Source of the DNA: Candidatus Aenigmatarchaeota archaeon
GTDB lineage: Archaea; Aenigmatarchaeota; Aenigmatarchaeia; CG10238-14; SCSR01
Assembly (NCBI GenBank): GCA_018920185.1
Contig: JAHLMT010000001.1
Coordinates: 9,875-73,874 of the forward strand
Direction: 5' to 3'
DNA length: 64,000 bases
The notes beneath the pieces are model-generated. The model did not search any database and was not told where the DNA came from. It worked only from the letters and a program-made list of their open reading frames with translations. The position numbers and the translations under genes are program-made. Positions 50,268 to 59,419 of the stretch are shown piece by piece (the stretch's first letter is position 1; each line of letters begins with the position of its first letter).

Positions 50268-52722
50268 CTATACCAACCTTTTCAATCTTTGAAGGATCTA
50301 ACCCGTCTTCACCAGCTAAGAATTGTATAATTCTATTAGCACTGTCCCTAACTGTTCCGTCATATTCAACTTTCAAATCTTGTAAAGCACCAACAAGTCT
50401 CCTTTCCATATAGCCACTATGTCTAGTTTTCAATGACTTGTCCATTAAAGATTCTCTTGAGTTTATGGCATCAAAGAAAAATTCGAATGGTGTAATGCCG
50501 TCTTTAAATCCTCTGCTAACAAATCCTGTGGCCTCTAAACTTACAGTTCCTTTTTTGAAATGTGGAAAAGTTCTTTGATAATAACCCCGCTCAATTCTCT
50601 CTCCCATAACCATTTCCTGCCCAACCATAGCGGCAGTTTGTACGAGATTAACTAACGACCCCCTTGCACCACTTTTAACCATGGCAAGTGTTGAATTGTC
50701 TTTAATGTATTTTTCCAAGACTTTTTGAACGTCATTTAACCCATTTCTTAGTATATTCTTTATCATATGGTTAAGAGTTTCTTTTGGTGATCTGCCGACT
50801 AAAAGCTTAAGTTCTCCTCTCATATATTGCATATTTATCTCATCAACATCTTTCCTGATTTTTTCTATGATTTCTTTTATTTCACGTCTTGCTACCTCAG
50901 ACAAGTCTTGGTCAGATATGCTAATAGAGAATCCCATCTGCATTAAAAACTCAATCGCAAGTTTTGATATAATATAAATAAACCTTTTGGTAAATTCACC
51001 ACCGTATATTTTTTCTATTTTGTTAATCAACTTTCCGCTTTCTGCACCTACAGCTACTTTATCTATAACACCTTTAACCAATCTCCCATTCTCGATAACA
51101 ACCAAATCTCCTGAACTAGATTTAAATTCGATTGATAGATCTTTTGGTAAGAATAAACTAAACACTTCTTTTCCTGATAAGCTATCTTTATCGGGTAATT
51201 CAATTTTGCTATCAACAGCTCTTACTAATTGTGTAAATTCCTCTCTAGATAGTCTAGTATCATCTTTGGTCAAAAGATACAGACCAGTTATATGATCTCT
51301 GACAGCACCAATAATAGGACCTGAAAACCTTGGACTGCGTATATGTTTTGGAACCATCAAAAGATTCTCTATCTCGACTTTCGCTTCTTCTGTTTGCGGA
51401 ACATGTAGATTCATCTCGTCCCCATCAAAATCTGCGTTGTATGGTGTTGTAGCACTGAGATTTAGTCTAAATGTCTTGAATGGCATAACCTTAACTCTGT
51501 GCCCCATCAAACTCATTCTATGCAAACTTGGTTGTCTATTAAACAAAACAATATCATTATTCTGCAGATGCCTCTCAACAATATATCCTGGAGCAATTTC
51601 ATTTGCAATTTCTTCTTTATTTAGTTCAGTTATTTTTTTTCTTCTACCATCAGGCCTTATGACATAATTAGCACCAGGCCATGTATCAGAACCGTTCAAA
51701 ACAAGTTTTTTAATACTTTCAATATTCCCTTCATTTACTCTAACAGGAACTGTTAACTCTTTTGCAATAACCATCGGTACACCAACCTCATCCACATCAA
51801 TCTTGGGATCGGGAGATATCACAGTTCTCGCAGAAAAATTCACTCTCTTTCCAGCCAAGTTTCCTCTAAATCTACCTTCTTTCGTTTTCAATCTCTGTGA
51901 CAATGTTTTTAAGATTCTTCCTGATCTGTGTCTTGCAGGCGGCACCCCAGTCAATTCATTGTCAAAATAAGTTGCTATATGATATTGTAACAATTCCCAT
52001 AGATCTTCGATGATAAAATCGGGTGCACCCAAATCGATGTTTTCCTTTAATCTATCATTGATTCTAACTATATCAACCAACTTATGTGTTAAATCGTCCT
52101 CGCTTCTCTCACCTGTTTCCAGAGTTATCGAAGGCCTAACAGTTACTGGTGGTATTGGTAACAAAGTAATAACAAGCCATTCGGGTCTTATCTTCAAACC
52201 GATTAAATTCAAATCTTCTTCAGAGATCTTTTCTAATCTCTCTCTGATAGTAGAGGGAGTTAGTGTTTCCGTGCCTTCGATAAATGTATAAGGCTTGATT
52301 AACTTTAATTTCTTTTGTTCTGTGCCACAATATGGACATTTCTTTTTAGCCATTGTTACAAAATCCTTAAAACTCAACCGTTTGCCTTTGATTTTTTCTA
52401 GATCTTTCGTATCAATTAGAATTCTGAGACATTTTCTACAAAACATTTTTAGAAAAGCAAAAATAATTTTTGAATAGTGCACATGAATAACGGGTCGAGT
52501 AAGTTCCAAATAACCAAAGTGACCATAACATTCACCAACACTACCACCACAAGTTCTACATCTTACTCCAGGATCTATAACACCAAGCCGTGGATCCATT
52601 AGTCCTCCTTCTATAGGATATCCCTCCTGGTCGTAGAGTTCCGTTTTTGTAATTTTAGCAACTGCCATATTCTTTATCATCTCAGGCGATAATACAGAAA
52701 ATTCTATCTTTTCAACCTTCAT
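50239..52722 (-). CDS. rpoA1: RNA polymerase subunit A' (Rpo1N)
   Basis: YNADFDGDEMN, GKRVNFSAR. Confidence 0.97.
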   Translation of the reverse strand: MKVEKIEFSVLSPEMIKNMAVAKITKTELYDQEGYPIEGGLMDPRLGVIDPGVRCRTCGGSVGECYGHFGYLELTRPVIHVHYSKIIFAFLKMFCRKCLRILIDTKDLEKIKGKRLSFKDFVTMAKKKCPYCGTEQKKLKLIKPYTFIEGTETLTPSTIRERLEKISEEDLNLIGLKIRPEWLVITLLPIPPVTVRPSITLETGERSEDDLTHKLVDIVRINDRLKENIDLGAPDFIIEDLWELLQYHIATYFDNELTGVPPARHRSGRILKTLSQRLKTKEGRFRGNLAGKRVNFSARTVISPDPKIDVDEVGVPMVIAKELTVPVRVNEGNIESIKKLVLNGSDTWPGANYVIRPDGRRKKITELNKEEIANEIAPGYIVERHLQNNDIVLFNRQPSLHRMSLMGHRVKVMPFKTFRLNLSATTPYNADFDGDEMNLHVPQTEEAKVEIENLLMVPKHIRSPRFSGPIIGAVRDHITGLYLLTKDDTRLSREEFTQLVRAVDSKIELPDKDSLSGKEVFSLFLPKDLSIEFKSSSGDLVVIENGRLVKGVIDKVAVGAESGKLINKIEKIYGGEFTKRFIYIISKLAIEFLMQMGFSISISDQDLSEVARREIKEIIEKIRKDVDEINMQYMRGELKLLVGRSPKETLNHMIKNILRNGLNDVQKVLEKYIKDNSTLAMVKSGARGSLVNLVQTAAMVGQEMVMGERIERGYYQRTFPHFKKGTVSLEATGFVSRGFKDGITPFEFFFDAINSRESLMDKSLKTRHSGYMERRLVGALQDLKVEYDGTVRDSANRIIQFLAGEDGLDPSKIEKVGIDVRTIANRL

Positions 52723-54515
52723 TCTTCACCCACCACTACTTTTGGATATATCAGCATGCTTTTCAGTTCGTCCAACATGAGTTTAAATGCATAGCTCATC
52801 TGGATATCTTTTATTTTTACTTCCCCATCTATTGGACAGACTTTTTTATTTTTAATTTTATCTTGGATTGCAACCAATCCACACACAGAACATATAGAGA
52901 CAGTAGTCTTATCTGAATCGAACCTCTCCTTTAACGCAAGCGATGCACCATGTGCAATTAAACAATCTTTTTCCATCTCGCCAAGTCTGAGACCACCCTC
53001 TTTGCTCCTACCTTCTGTTGGTTGTTTTGTCAATAAAGTAACAGGTCCACGTGATCTTGCATGTATCTTGTTAGAAACCAGATGGTCAAGTTTTTGGTAA
53101 AATGAAGAGCCTATAAAAATCTGGCTTTTAAATCTCTTTCCTGTTCTTCCATCGTACATTATTTCTTTACCATCATTTCTAAATCCGTTCTTTCTCAATA
53201 TATCACGCAATTCTTTTTCTGGAGTCGGACTAAATGCGGGTGAGTTAATGTAATCGCCTGTAACGGCAGCAACTTTCCCCGCGATAATTTCCAACAACTG
53301 TCCAATTGTCATCCTTGAAGGGATACCATGTGGATTGAAAATTATATCCGGAACTATTCCGCTTTCTGTAAATGGCATATCTTCAGGTGGCACAACTAAA
53401 CCAACAACACCTTTTTGTCCATGTCTTGACGCAAATTTGTCACCAATTTCAGGAACTTTCAAATCTCTAACAACAACCTTTATCAATTTAGTTCCATCGA
53501 CAGTCTCTGTAACAAAGACCCTGTCTACTATTCCAAAATCACCGTGTCTTAATCTTACAGAAGTTTCGCGTATATTTTCAAACCCAGTAATAAATCTGTC
53601 CATTGTCCCCAGGAATCTTAGAGGTGACACCCGACCGATAATTACCTTATCAGATTCTAAATCAGTTTCTGGATATGGTATACCATCTTTAGACAGATGT
53701 TTGTACGCATCCTCGCCAGCATATCCTCTAACACCAGCCTCTGGTATACCTATCAAATCTTCCTGCCCACCTAAATATCTTTTTTGTTCTGCTTCGTAGG
53801 TTCTGTACATGTAAGACCAGAAAAGACCTTTTTGCAGAGAACCTGCATTAATTACTATACTATCTTCCATATTATAGCCATCAAAAGATGCAACAGCAAC
53901 AACAACATTGCTTCCATTCGGATGTTTGTCATAGGGGATAACAGAATATACGTGAGTCTGCACCAGAGGTTTGGTTGGATATACCATTACATTAGACTTT
54001 GTATCTGTTCTTAACAAGAAGTTTGTAGCAAAAATACCAATTGACTGTCCAACCATTTTTGCCCCATAGTTTACTCTATCACCCCTGTTGAATTCAGGAT
54101 AAGGAATAAAGGATGCAGATAACCCCAAGATAACAGCTGGATCGAATTCGAGATGAGTGTGTTCTGTCGTCAATTCATTCTCATTCAATGCTATGTAAGC
54201 ATTTTCTTCTTCTTCACTATCAAGAAATTCTACGACCCCGTTTTTAACTAAATCATTCCATCCAATTTCCCCTCTTTTTAATTTTTCTATATGTTCTTTC
54301 GTCAACTTTGGTTTGCCATTCTCAACAATAATCAAAGGTCTTCTAACTCGTCCAGAATCAGAAAGTATTCTGACCTCATCCAGATGTTCGTGATAAGCCA
54401 CATTAACTTGGTAATGTATAGTTCCGTCTCTTCTCTTGGTTCGAATTTCATTCACAAGTTTCTGCGGTTCATTAGTATATCCAACAAATTTCCCATCCAA
54501 AAATATCGAAGCTAT
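52719..54515 (-). CDS. rpoB1: RNA polymerase subunit B' (Rpo2 C-terminal part), apparent ATA start
   Basis: GDKFASRHGQKG, GGLRLGEME; ATA-GCT-TCG-ATA-TTT-TTG 4 nt after GGTGA. Confidence 0.95.
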   Translation of the reverse strand: MASIFLDGKFVGYTNEPQKLVNEIRTKRRDGTIHYQVNVAYHEHLDEVRILSDSGRVRRPLIIVENGKPKLTKEHIEKLKRGEIGWNDLVKNGVVEFLDSEEEENAYIALNENELTTEHTHLEFDPAVILGLSASFIPYPEFNRGDRVNYGAKMVGQSIGIFATNFLLRTDTKSNVMVYPTKPLVQTHVYSVIPYDKHPNGSNVVVAVASFDGYNMEDSIVINAGSLQKGLFWSYMYRTYEAEQKRYLGGQEDLIGIPEAGVRGYAGEDAYKHLSKDGIPYPETDLESDKVIIGRVSPLRFLGTMDRFITGFENIRETSVRLRHGDFGIVDRVFVTETVDGTKLIKVVVRDLKVPEIGDKFASRHGQKGVVGLVVPPEDMPFTESGIVPDIIFNPHGIPSRMTIGQLLEIIAGKVAAVTGDYINSPAFSPTPEKELRDILRKNGFRNDGKEIMYDGRTGKRFKSQIFIGSSFYQKLDHLVSNKIHARSRGPVTLLTKQPTEGRSKEGGLRLGEMEKDCLIAHGASLALKERFDSDKTTVSICSVCGLVAIQDKIKNKKVCPIDGEVKIKDIQMSYAFKLMLDELKSMLIYPKVVVGEE

Positions 54516-54519
54516 ATCA

Positions 54520-55995
54520 TCACCTTTTAATTAACTCAGCTATTGGTTTCAATTCTTTTTCTTGTAGGCCACGAGTGACTTCTGCCATTATTGCAAGATA
54601 TTTTCTCAAGCCAATAGTTGCACCTTCTGGTGTTTCACTTGTGCATAATTTACCAAAATGTGTTGGATGCAATTCTCTAGCTTCAAAATGCTCTTGAGTC
54701 GATGTTAAAGGTGACAAAACATTTCTCATATGTGAAATTGTTTTTATGTAGCTTCCCCTTTCTAACCTCTGACTAACTCCAGTCCTTCCACCCACCCATG
54801 AACCTATAGCAAGAGCAGATACCAATTGATTGCTCAAGACATTAGATTCAATTATTGACTGCAGTGGAGGTAATCTACCCCTTTTTGTTAATTTCTGATA
54901 ATTATAGGTTACTCTTGTGATTAACCCCCATTTACCAAGTAATATCGACCGCAGTAGTATTTCCAATAAATCTCCAGATAGTCTTAATCTTTTATTCGAA
55001 TAGTGATCCAGATCATCTTCTTCAATTTTTCCTAGATGAAGCTTGATTAATTTTTCTATAGCTTTTGCAAGAAATAACGCTTTTGAAAGTCTGTCGGAAG
55101 ATTCCTGACCAAGATGTGGAAGCAAATATCTGTCAACAATTTTTGCAGCACGATCTATTCTATTTTCTTTTTGTGGTATTCTTAGAAACCGTCCGATTTC
55201 ATCTAGACCTTCTTCTTTATTAACAGCTTCAGTTTCATACAGATTTATGTAGAATTCTTCTTGTACTTCTTCATCTTGTGAGATAGCGGTAATAATATCT
55301 TTATCAGTTTCCAATCCTAAAGCCTTCAATAAAGTTCCAATAGGTAGACGTGTTATATTAGCAAAGCTTATTGTTATCGTCCCATCAAGCTTTCTTTCAA
55401 GTAAATGTCTCTGAACATACCCATCTTTTTCAGAATGTATTCTTGCTATTTCAGTTATGCTACCAGTACCAACTTTAGTTGTTATTATTCTATTTGGAGC
55501 AATTTCTTCAACTAAAACAAGAATTCTCTCAGTACCATTGACAATGAAGTATCCACCGGGATCATCAGGATCTTCACCTGCTTCAATCAACTGTTGTCTT
55601 GACATCTGTGATAAAGGACATATTTTAGATTTGACCATCACAGGCATGTCACCAAAGTTAACAACTACAGGTTCACCTACTTGTTTGTTTATTACAGGAG
55701 TTATCTCAACATACATGGGTGCTGCATAAGTCAGATTTCTTATTCTTGCCTCCGCAGGTAGAATAGGACGTACACTCCCATCAGCTTCTTTTATAGTAGG
55801 TTCACCAATTTTGAAATCACCTAACTTTAGCTTTATATCACCGATCTCAGAAACATCGGGTTTTATTTCTTTGATTTCGCTTAAGACTTTTGGTATCCTT
55901 CGTGTGATGAAATCGTTATAAGAATCTATCTGGAACTTAACAAATCCGTTCTCACGTACAAAGCTGTCCAGCAGAATAACAAATCCGTTATTCAT
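54520..55995 (-). CDS. rpoB2: RNA polymerase subunit B'' (Rpo2 N-terminal part)
   Basis: EARIRNLTY, DPGGYFIVNG.ER, ETPEG. Confidence 0.96.
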   Translation of the reverse strand: MNNGFVILLDSFVRENGFVKFQIDSYNDFITRRIPKVLSEIKEIKPDVSEIGDIKLKLGDFKIGEPTIKEADGSVRPILPAEARIRNLTYAAPMYVEITPVINKQVGEPVVVNFGDMPVMVKSKICPLSQMSRQQLIEAGEDPDDPGGYFIVNGTERILVLVEEIAPNRIITTKVGTGSITEIARIHSEKDGYVQRHLLERKLDGTITISFANITRLPIGTLLKALGLETDKDIITAISQDEEVQEEFYINLYETEAVNKEEGLDEIGRFLRIPQKENRIDRAAKIVDRYLLPHLGQESSDRLSKALFLAKAIEKLIKLHLGKIEEDDLDHYSNKRLRLSGDLLEILLRSILLGKWGLITRVTYNYQKLTKRGRLPPLQSIIESNVLSNQLVSALAIGSWVGGRTGVSQRLERGSYIKTISHMRNVLSPLTSTQEHFEARELHPTHFGKLCTSETPEGATIGLRKYLAIMAEVTRGLQEKELKPIAELIKR

Positions 55996-55997
55996 TT

Positions 55998-56237
55998 TTA
56001 TCCCTTTACAACAACTCTGTAGTATAAAGTTTCACCAGCAACAGGAGATTTTCTAATAATTTTAACAACATCACCAACTTTTCCACCTATTTGACGAATA
56101 ACAGGATCATTCACAAAAATTCTTGGCAATTGCCTTAATGTAATTTTATATTTATTCAATAATTCTTGTTTCTCTTCATCAGTTAACAAAATGTGTTTGG
56201 GTACTAGCTCGTTCTTGGTTAAATCTATCTCTTTCGT
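55998..56237 (-). CDS. rpoH: RNA polymerase subunit Rpo5 (H), apparent ACG start
   Basis: Frame extends to KEIDLTKNELVPKHIL; QLPRI..DP, GDVVKIIRKS..AG...YYRVV. Confidence 0.93.
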   Translation of the reverse strand, partial: TKEIDLTKNELVPKHILLTDEEKQELLNKYKITLRQLPRIFVNDPVIRQIGGKVGDVVKIIRKSPVAGETLYYRVVVKG

Positions 56238-56411
56238 GTTTACACCTCGATAAAATTGGCTGGCCGGATATACGTACTCACATGTAGAACAACAATTAAT
56301 CTTTCGATAATGATATCCCCATGAGGCCGATTGGATATCCTATATATCTTATTTGTAGATTTTTAAATTTATTGGTTTGTGACTTTTGAGGTATTTGAGA
56401 GATTAAAATAG

Positions 56412-56573
56412 CGCCTTGGGCGGGATTTTCAGGAATTTTCTATTCCATTTGAATTCGCGGACAATTAATTGTCTCCCGCGTCGAAGCCGTTCTGTGTGGC
56501 CTTGACAGGGATATAATCTTTCGATCTTTATCCTAGGCCACTAGACGACCATCACCAACCTATGGTTTAAGGC
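56412..56573 (-). tRNA. tRNA-Asp(GTC) with five introns (5/6, 29/30, 37/38, 53/54, 59/60)
   Basis: Removing 56551-56568, 56511-56525, 56490-56502, 56454-56474 and 56426-56447 gives a 73-nt cloverleaf; each junction forms a BHB. Confidence 0.88.
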
Positions 56574-56761
56574 AGTCGAAACCCAAGGCTAAGAATAATT
56601 ATACATTGGTTAAATTTATAAAACTTAGATATGAATTGGTAAATCAAACAATTTCTACAATAATCAGATGGTTTTTATTAGAATTCATTTTGGCGACCTA
56701 CTTCGGGTATTTAACTGGTTTCGGTGCTTATTTAGTTCGTGGAGATTTATCAAATAAATAT

Positions 56762-56876
56762 CTGACGGCGTGGTGCGAGTCCCGTGACTTTCGTCACAGT
56801 ACAATGCACTACGTTGAACTGTTTGATTACTGCGTTCGAATGAGAGCAGATCGTTCCAGTTCGCTTTGGCCGTCAG
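56762..56876 (-). rRNA. rrf: 5S rRNA (divergent, unlinked from 16S/23S)
   Basis: CTGACGGC/GCCGTCAG helix I, CGGCCAAAGCG start, CTCATTCGAAC loop C, TGTACTG loop E, GTGAC-GAAA-GTCAC; Tyr-5S-Asp order. Confidence 0.88.
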
Positions 56877-56912
56877 TAAAATTATGATGACACTCAATAT
56901 TTTTAAAGATTG

Positions 56913-57023
56913 TCCCCGCTGAGAGAGTCGAACTCTCAACCTCACCGTTTCCGGTAGAGTGCTGACTTCTAGCACAAAAGTACTAGGCTACAGCGGCGCG
57001 CTCTACCATTGAGCTAAGCGGGG
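56913..57023 (-). tRNA. tRNA-Tyr(GTA) with 39-nt canonical intron (56949-56987)
   Basis: C1-G72 and A73, CGCCG/CGGTG stem, TTCGACT loop. Confidence 0.9.
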
Positions 57024-57056
57024 TAATAGAATAGACATCTTGTTAATATAAAAATC

Positions 57057-58496
57057 TTACACACCAGCTTTAACCAACGCTTCTTTCGACACACTCATTC
57101 TCTTAACTTTCTGTCTGTCTAAGAAAACCATCTGCGCTTCTGGTAAAGTAAGATGTCCGACAACATCTACAACAGGTTTTATCCTATATGTTATAATTCT
57201 TTCTTCACCAGATCTCATCGAACCGATTTTCCATCTCAACTCTGTCCCATCAGGAACTCTTTTTATCTTGGGTCTTAGTGTATCAAATCTGTCAACAACT
57301 TTTGCAATCTGGGGTACGACATCAACAATTTCTACATCTTTAATTTCGTGTAAAGCTTTATTCTTTACTTCAAGTAATACAAGAATTTCTTTCCCACGTG
57401 TTATTTCACCTTCGTGTCTAACGGTTTTGCTAATTCTCGGCTTAGATAACCATCTATATGCACCATATCCAACGCCACCTAATAATGCAAAAGTTAACCA
57501 TATTCGCCAGATAGCAAATTTATACGTAATTGTATACTGTTCACCTGGAGCTAATGTTGGTACAAGCCATGTATACACAACTCTATTAACAGATGAATCA
57601 GTTGATATCGGTTCGACGTCTGGATCAAACAGAGCTTGAGCAAATTTTGGAATAGATTCTGTTACTTTAAACGATGGTAATTCGATATTTCCTTCATTCT
57701 TGACTTTGATTGATACAGATGAGAACAAAATAGTATAGCTACTGTCTTTTTTTGTATATTCGGTTGGAGGTTGAGTGACCGCATTCACTTGGAAATTATC
57801 TGATTTTGAATGTCTCAACTGTCCTGAAACATCACGTAATTCAACTTCTACAACATAGCTTCCAGGTGCAGCATATTTATCAAGATTAAAACTTTTGATA
57901 ACATCGATAGAAGATTTAGCTCCAATTGAATCCAAGCTCTCGTCGAAACTCTTGACAATACTCCTGCCTTTTCTTACAGTTATTTTCAAGAAATTCTTTT
58001 CTGAAAGAGTGTCCTCAAGATTGAATACTTTAACGTTTATTCTAACTTCTTCACCGGGATTTAGCGTATATTTCTCTAAAGTTACAGATGGTATATAAAC
58101 AGAAGTTAGTCTTTGTACAGTTAATATAACATTCTTAGTATCGAATATAGATGCGTCAGAGGTCGATCTAGCAGTTAATTCAAATTGTGTTGATATAGGC
58201 TCAGCGTCAATTGGGATGGAGAAGGTTAATTTTATTATTTTTTCTTCATTTGGTGACAAAGTCAAAATAAAACTTTCCAAGCTCGCTAAGATTTTTTCAA
58301 ATTGTGTAGGAAATAAAGACAATGTGAAAGTATCTGTTTTATTTTGGGTGTTTCTTACAGTTACATCTACGGTCGATACCTCTGTTGTATACCCAATTAT
58401 ATTGCTTTTTACAGATAGTTCCACTCCAGCTGCAAATACAGTTGAAATGCTAAGCAGAAATGATAGGATGAATGTAAAAATTAGAAACCTATTCAT
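57057..58496 (-). CDS. Secreted/membrane-anchored protein with Ig-like (CARDB-like) domains
   Basis: Signal peptide, repeated V.V.N...L.PGE motifs, TM segment near aa 335. Confidence 0.75.
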   Translation of the reverse strand: MNRFLIFTFILSFLLSISTVFAAGVELSVKSNIIGYTTEVSTVDVTVRNTQNKTDTFTLSLFPTQFEKILASLESFILTLSPNEEKIIKLTFSIPIDAEPISTQFELTARSTSDASIFDTKNVILTVQRLTSVYIPSVTLEKYTLNPGEEVRINVKVFNLEDTLSEKNFLKITVRKGRSIVKSFDESLDSIGAKSSIDVIKSFNLDKYAAPGSYVVEVELRDVSGQLRHSKSDNFQVNAVTQPPTEYTKKDSSYTILFSSVSIKVKNEGNIELPSFKVTESIPKFAQALFDPDVEPISTDSSVNRVVYTWLVPTLAPGEQYTITYKFAIWRIWLTFALLGGVGYGAYRWLSKPRISKTVRHEGEITRGKEILVLLEVKNKALHEIKDVEIVDVVPQIAKVVDRFDTLRPKIKRVPDGTELRWKIGSMRSGEERIITYRIKPVVDVVGHLTLPEAQMVFLDRQKVKRMSVSKEALVKAGV

Positions 58497-58546
58497 ATGT
58501 TCACTAATAGTATTTCTTTTTCTGTATATTTTAAACTTAACAATAT

Positions 58547-59167
58547 CTATTTCTTTTTCAACTTGTCGATAATCTGGTTAATTATCGGTTTAAAAGCTTC
58601 CTCTTTTGTTCCTGTCTGAAAGAGATAGGATATATCGTATTTTTTCTTGAATTGGTCAACTGACGTCATGTATTCAAATTCTTTTGGTTTAGGTTTTGCG
58701 GCTTTTTCTGCAGGATAACCTAAAGTTACAATTCCAACTGGTCGAAGTTCATTTGGTAACCCGAGTGCGGTTTTAACATCTTGCTCATCAAAGGCTCTTA
58801 TCCAATTAGTTCCTAGTCCAAGGAATTGTGCTGTAATCATCATTATTGTTATCGCCGCTGCGGTATCTTGTATAGAATAAAGATATTCACCCCTTTCTTC
58901 ATATTTTATGCTGAATTTCTTCAAATCTGCACAGACAACAATATCTACTGGTGCATCTTTTACTACATCTAGCTTAAAAGCAGCTTTGTATAGCAAATTT
59001 TTAACTTCAGGATCTCTGACAACAATGAATTCCCACCCTTGAATACCACCAGCACTTTCTGCGTGATTAGCCATGTAAAGAATAACACCAATTAGTTTGT
59101 CATCGACGTCTTTCTTTTCGTATTTTTTCACAGTTTCCAATTTTGTAACTGCTGTGAAGAAATCCAT
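58547..59167 (-). CDS. Nitroreductase family protein
   Basis: A.SAG.IQ.WEFIVV, LGLGTNWI, TLGYP. Confidence 0.88.
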   Translation of the reverse strand: MDFFTAVTKLETVKKYEKKDVDDKLIGVILYMANHAESAGGIQGWEFIVVRDPEVKNLLYKAAFKLDVVKDAPVDIVVCADLKKFSIKYEERGEYLYSIQDTAAAITIMMITAQFLGLGTNWIRAFDEQDVKTALGLPNELRPVGIVTLGYPAEKAAKPKPKEFEYMTSVDQFKKKYDISYLFQTGTKEEAFKPIINQIIDKLKKK

Positions 59168-59200
59168 AAAAATAATTTGTTAATTAAAATGTAAATCCTT

Positions 59201-59377
59201 TTATAATCTGCGGGTAAATCCACATTTACCGCATACATAAAGCTCGGAAAATTTAGATTCGTCATTCGTAGAAAAAACTCTTTTCAATACCATTCTTTCT
59301 TCTTTATGAGAATTTTTGAGACAACTCTCACAAGATAAGTGTCTCCAATTGTTTGAATAACTATGGCTTAATGTCAT
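59201..59377 (-). CDS. 58-aa zinc-ribbon microprotein
   Basis: MTLSHSYSNNWRHLSCESCLKNSHKEERMVLKRVFSTNDESKFSELYVCGKCGFTRRL. Confidence 0.7.
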   Translation of the reverse strand: MTLSHSYSNNWRHLSCESCLKNSHKEERMVLKRVFSTNDESKFSELYVCGKCGFTRRL

Positions 59378-59419
59378 CTTCTAGATAACCTATTTATTTG
59401 TTTATAGTTTTCCTTATAA

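Noticed and set aside
52719-55995. Split rpoB as a novelty or programmed frameshift
   Set aside because: The B''/B' split is well known in archaea, B' has its own SD, and there is no convincing slippery site.
56551-56589. tRNA-Asp starting at the upstream GCCTTGG with one 34-nt first intron
   Set aside because: I found no BHB in that register, whereas the 18-nt 5/6 intron gives a complete helix-bulge-helix-bulge-helix.
56884-56922. Box C/D sRNA (ATGATGA...CTGA)
   Set aside because: Only 39 nt, no C'/D' boxes, and the CTGA is just the antisense of the tRNA-Tyr 3' end.
56606-56975. ORFs 56606-56887 (+) and 56685-56975 (-)
   Set aside because: They overlap the 5S rRNA and tRNA-Tyr and are spurious.
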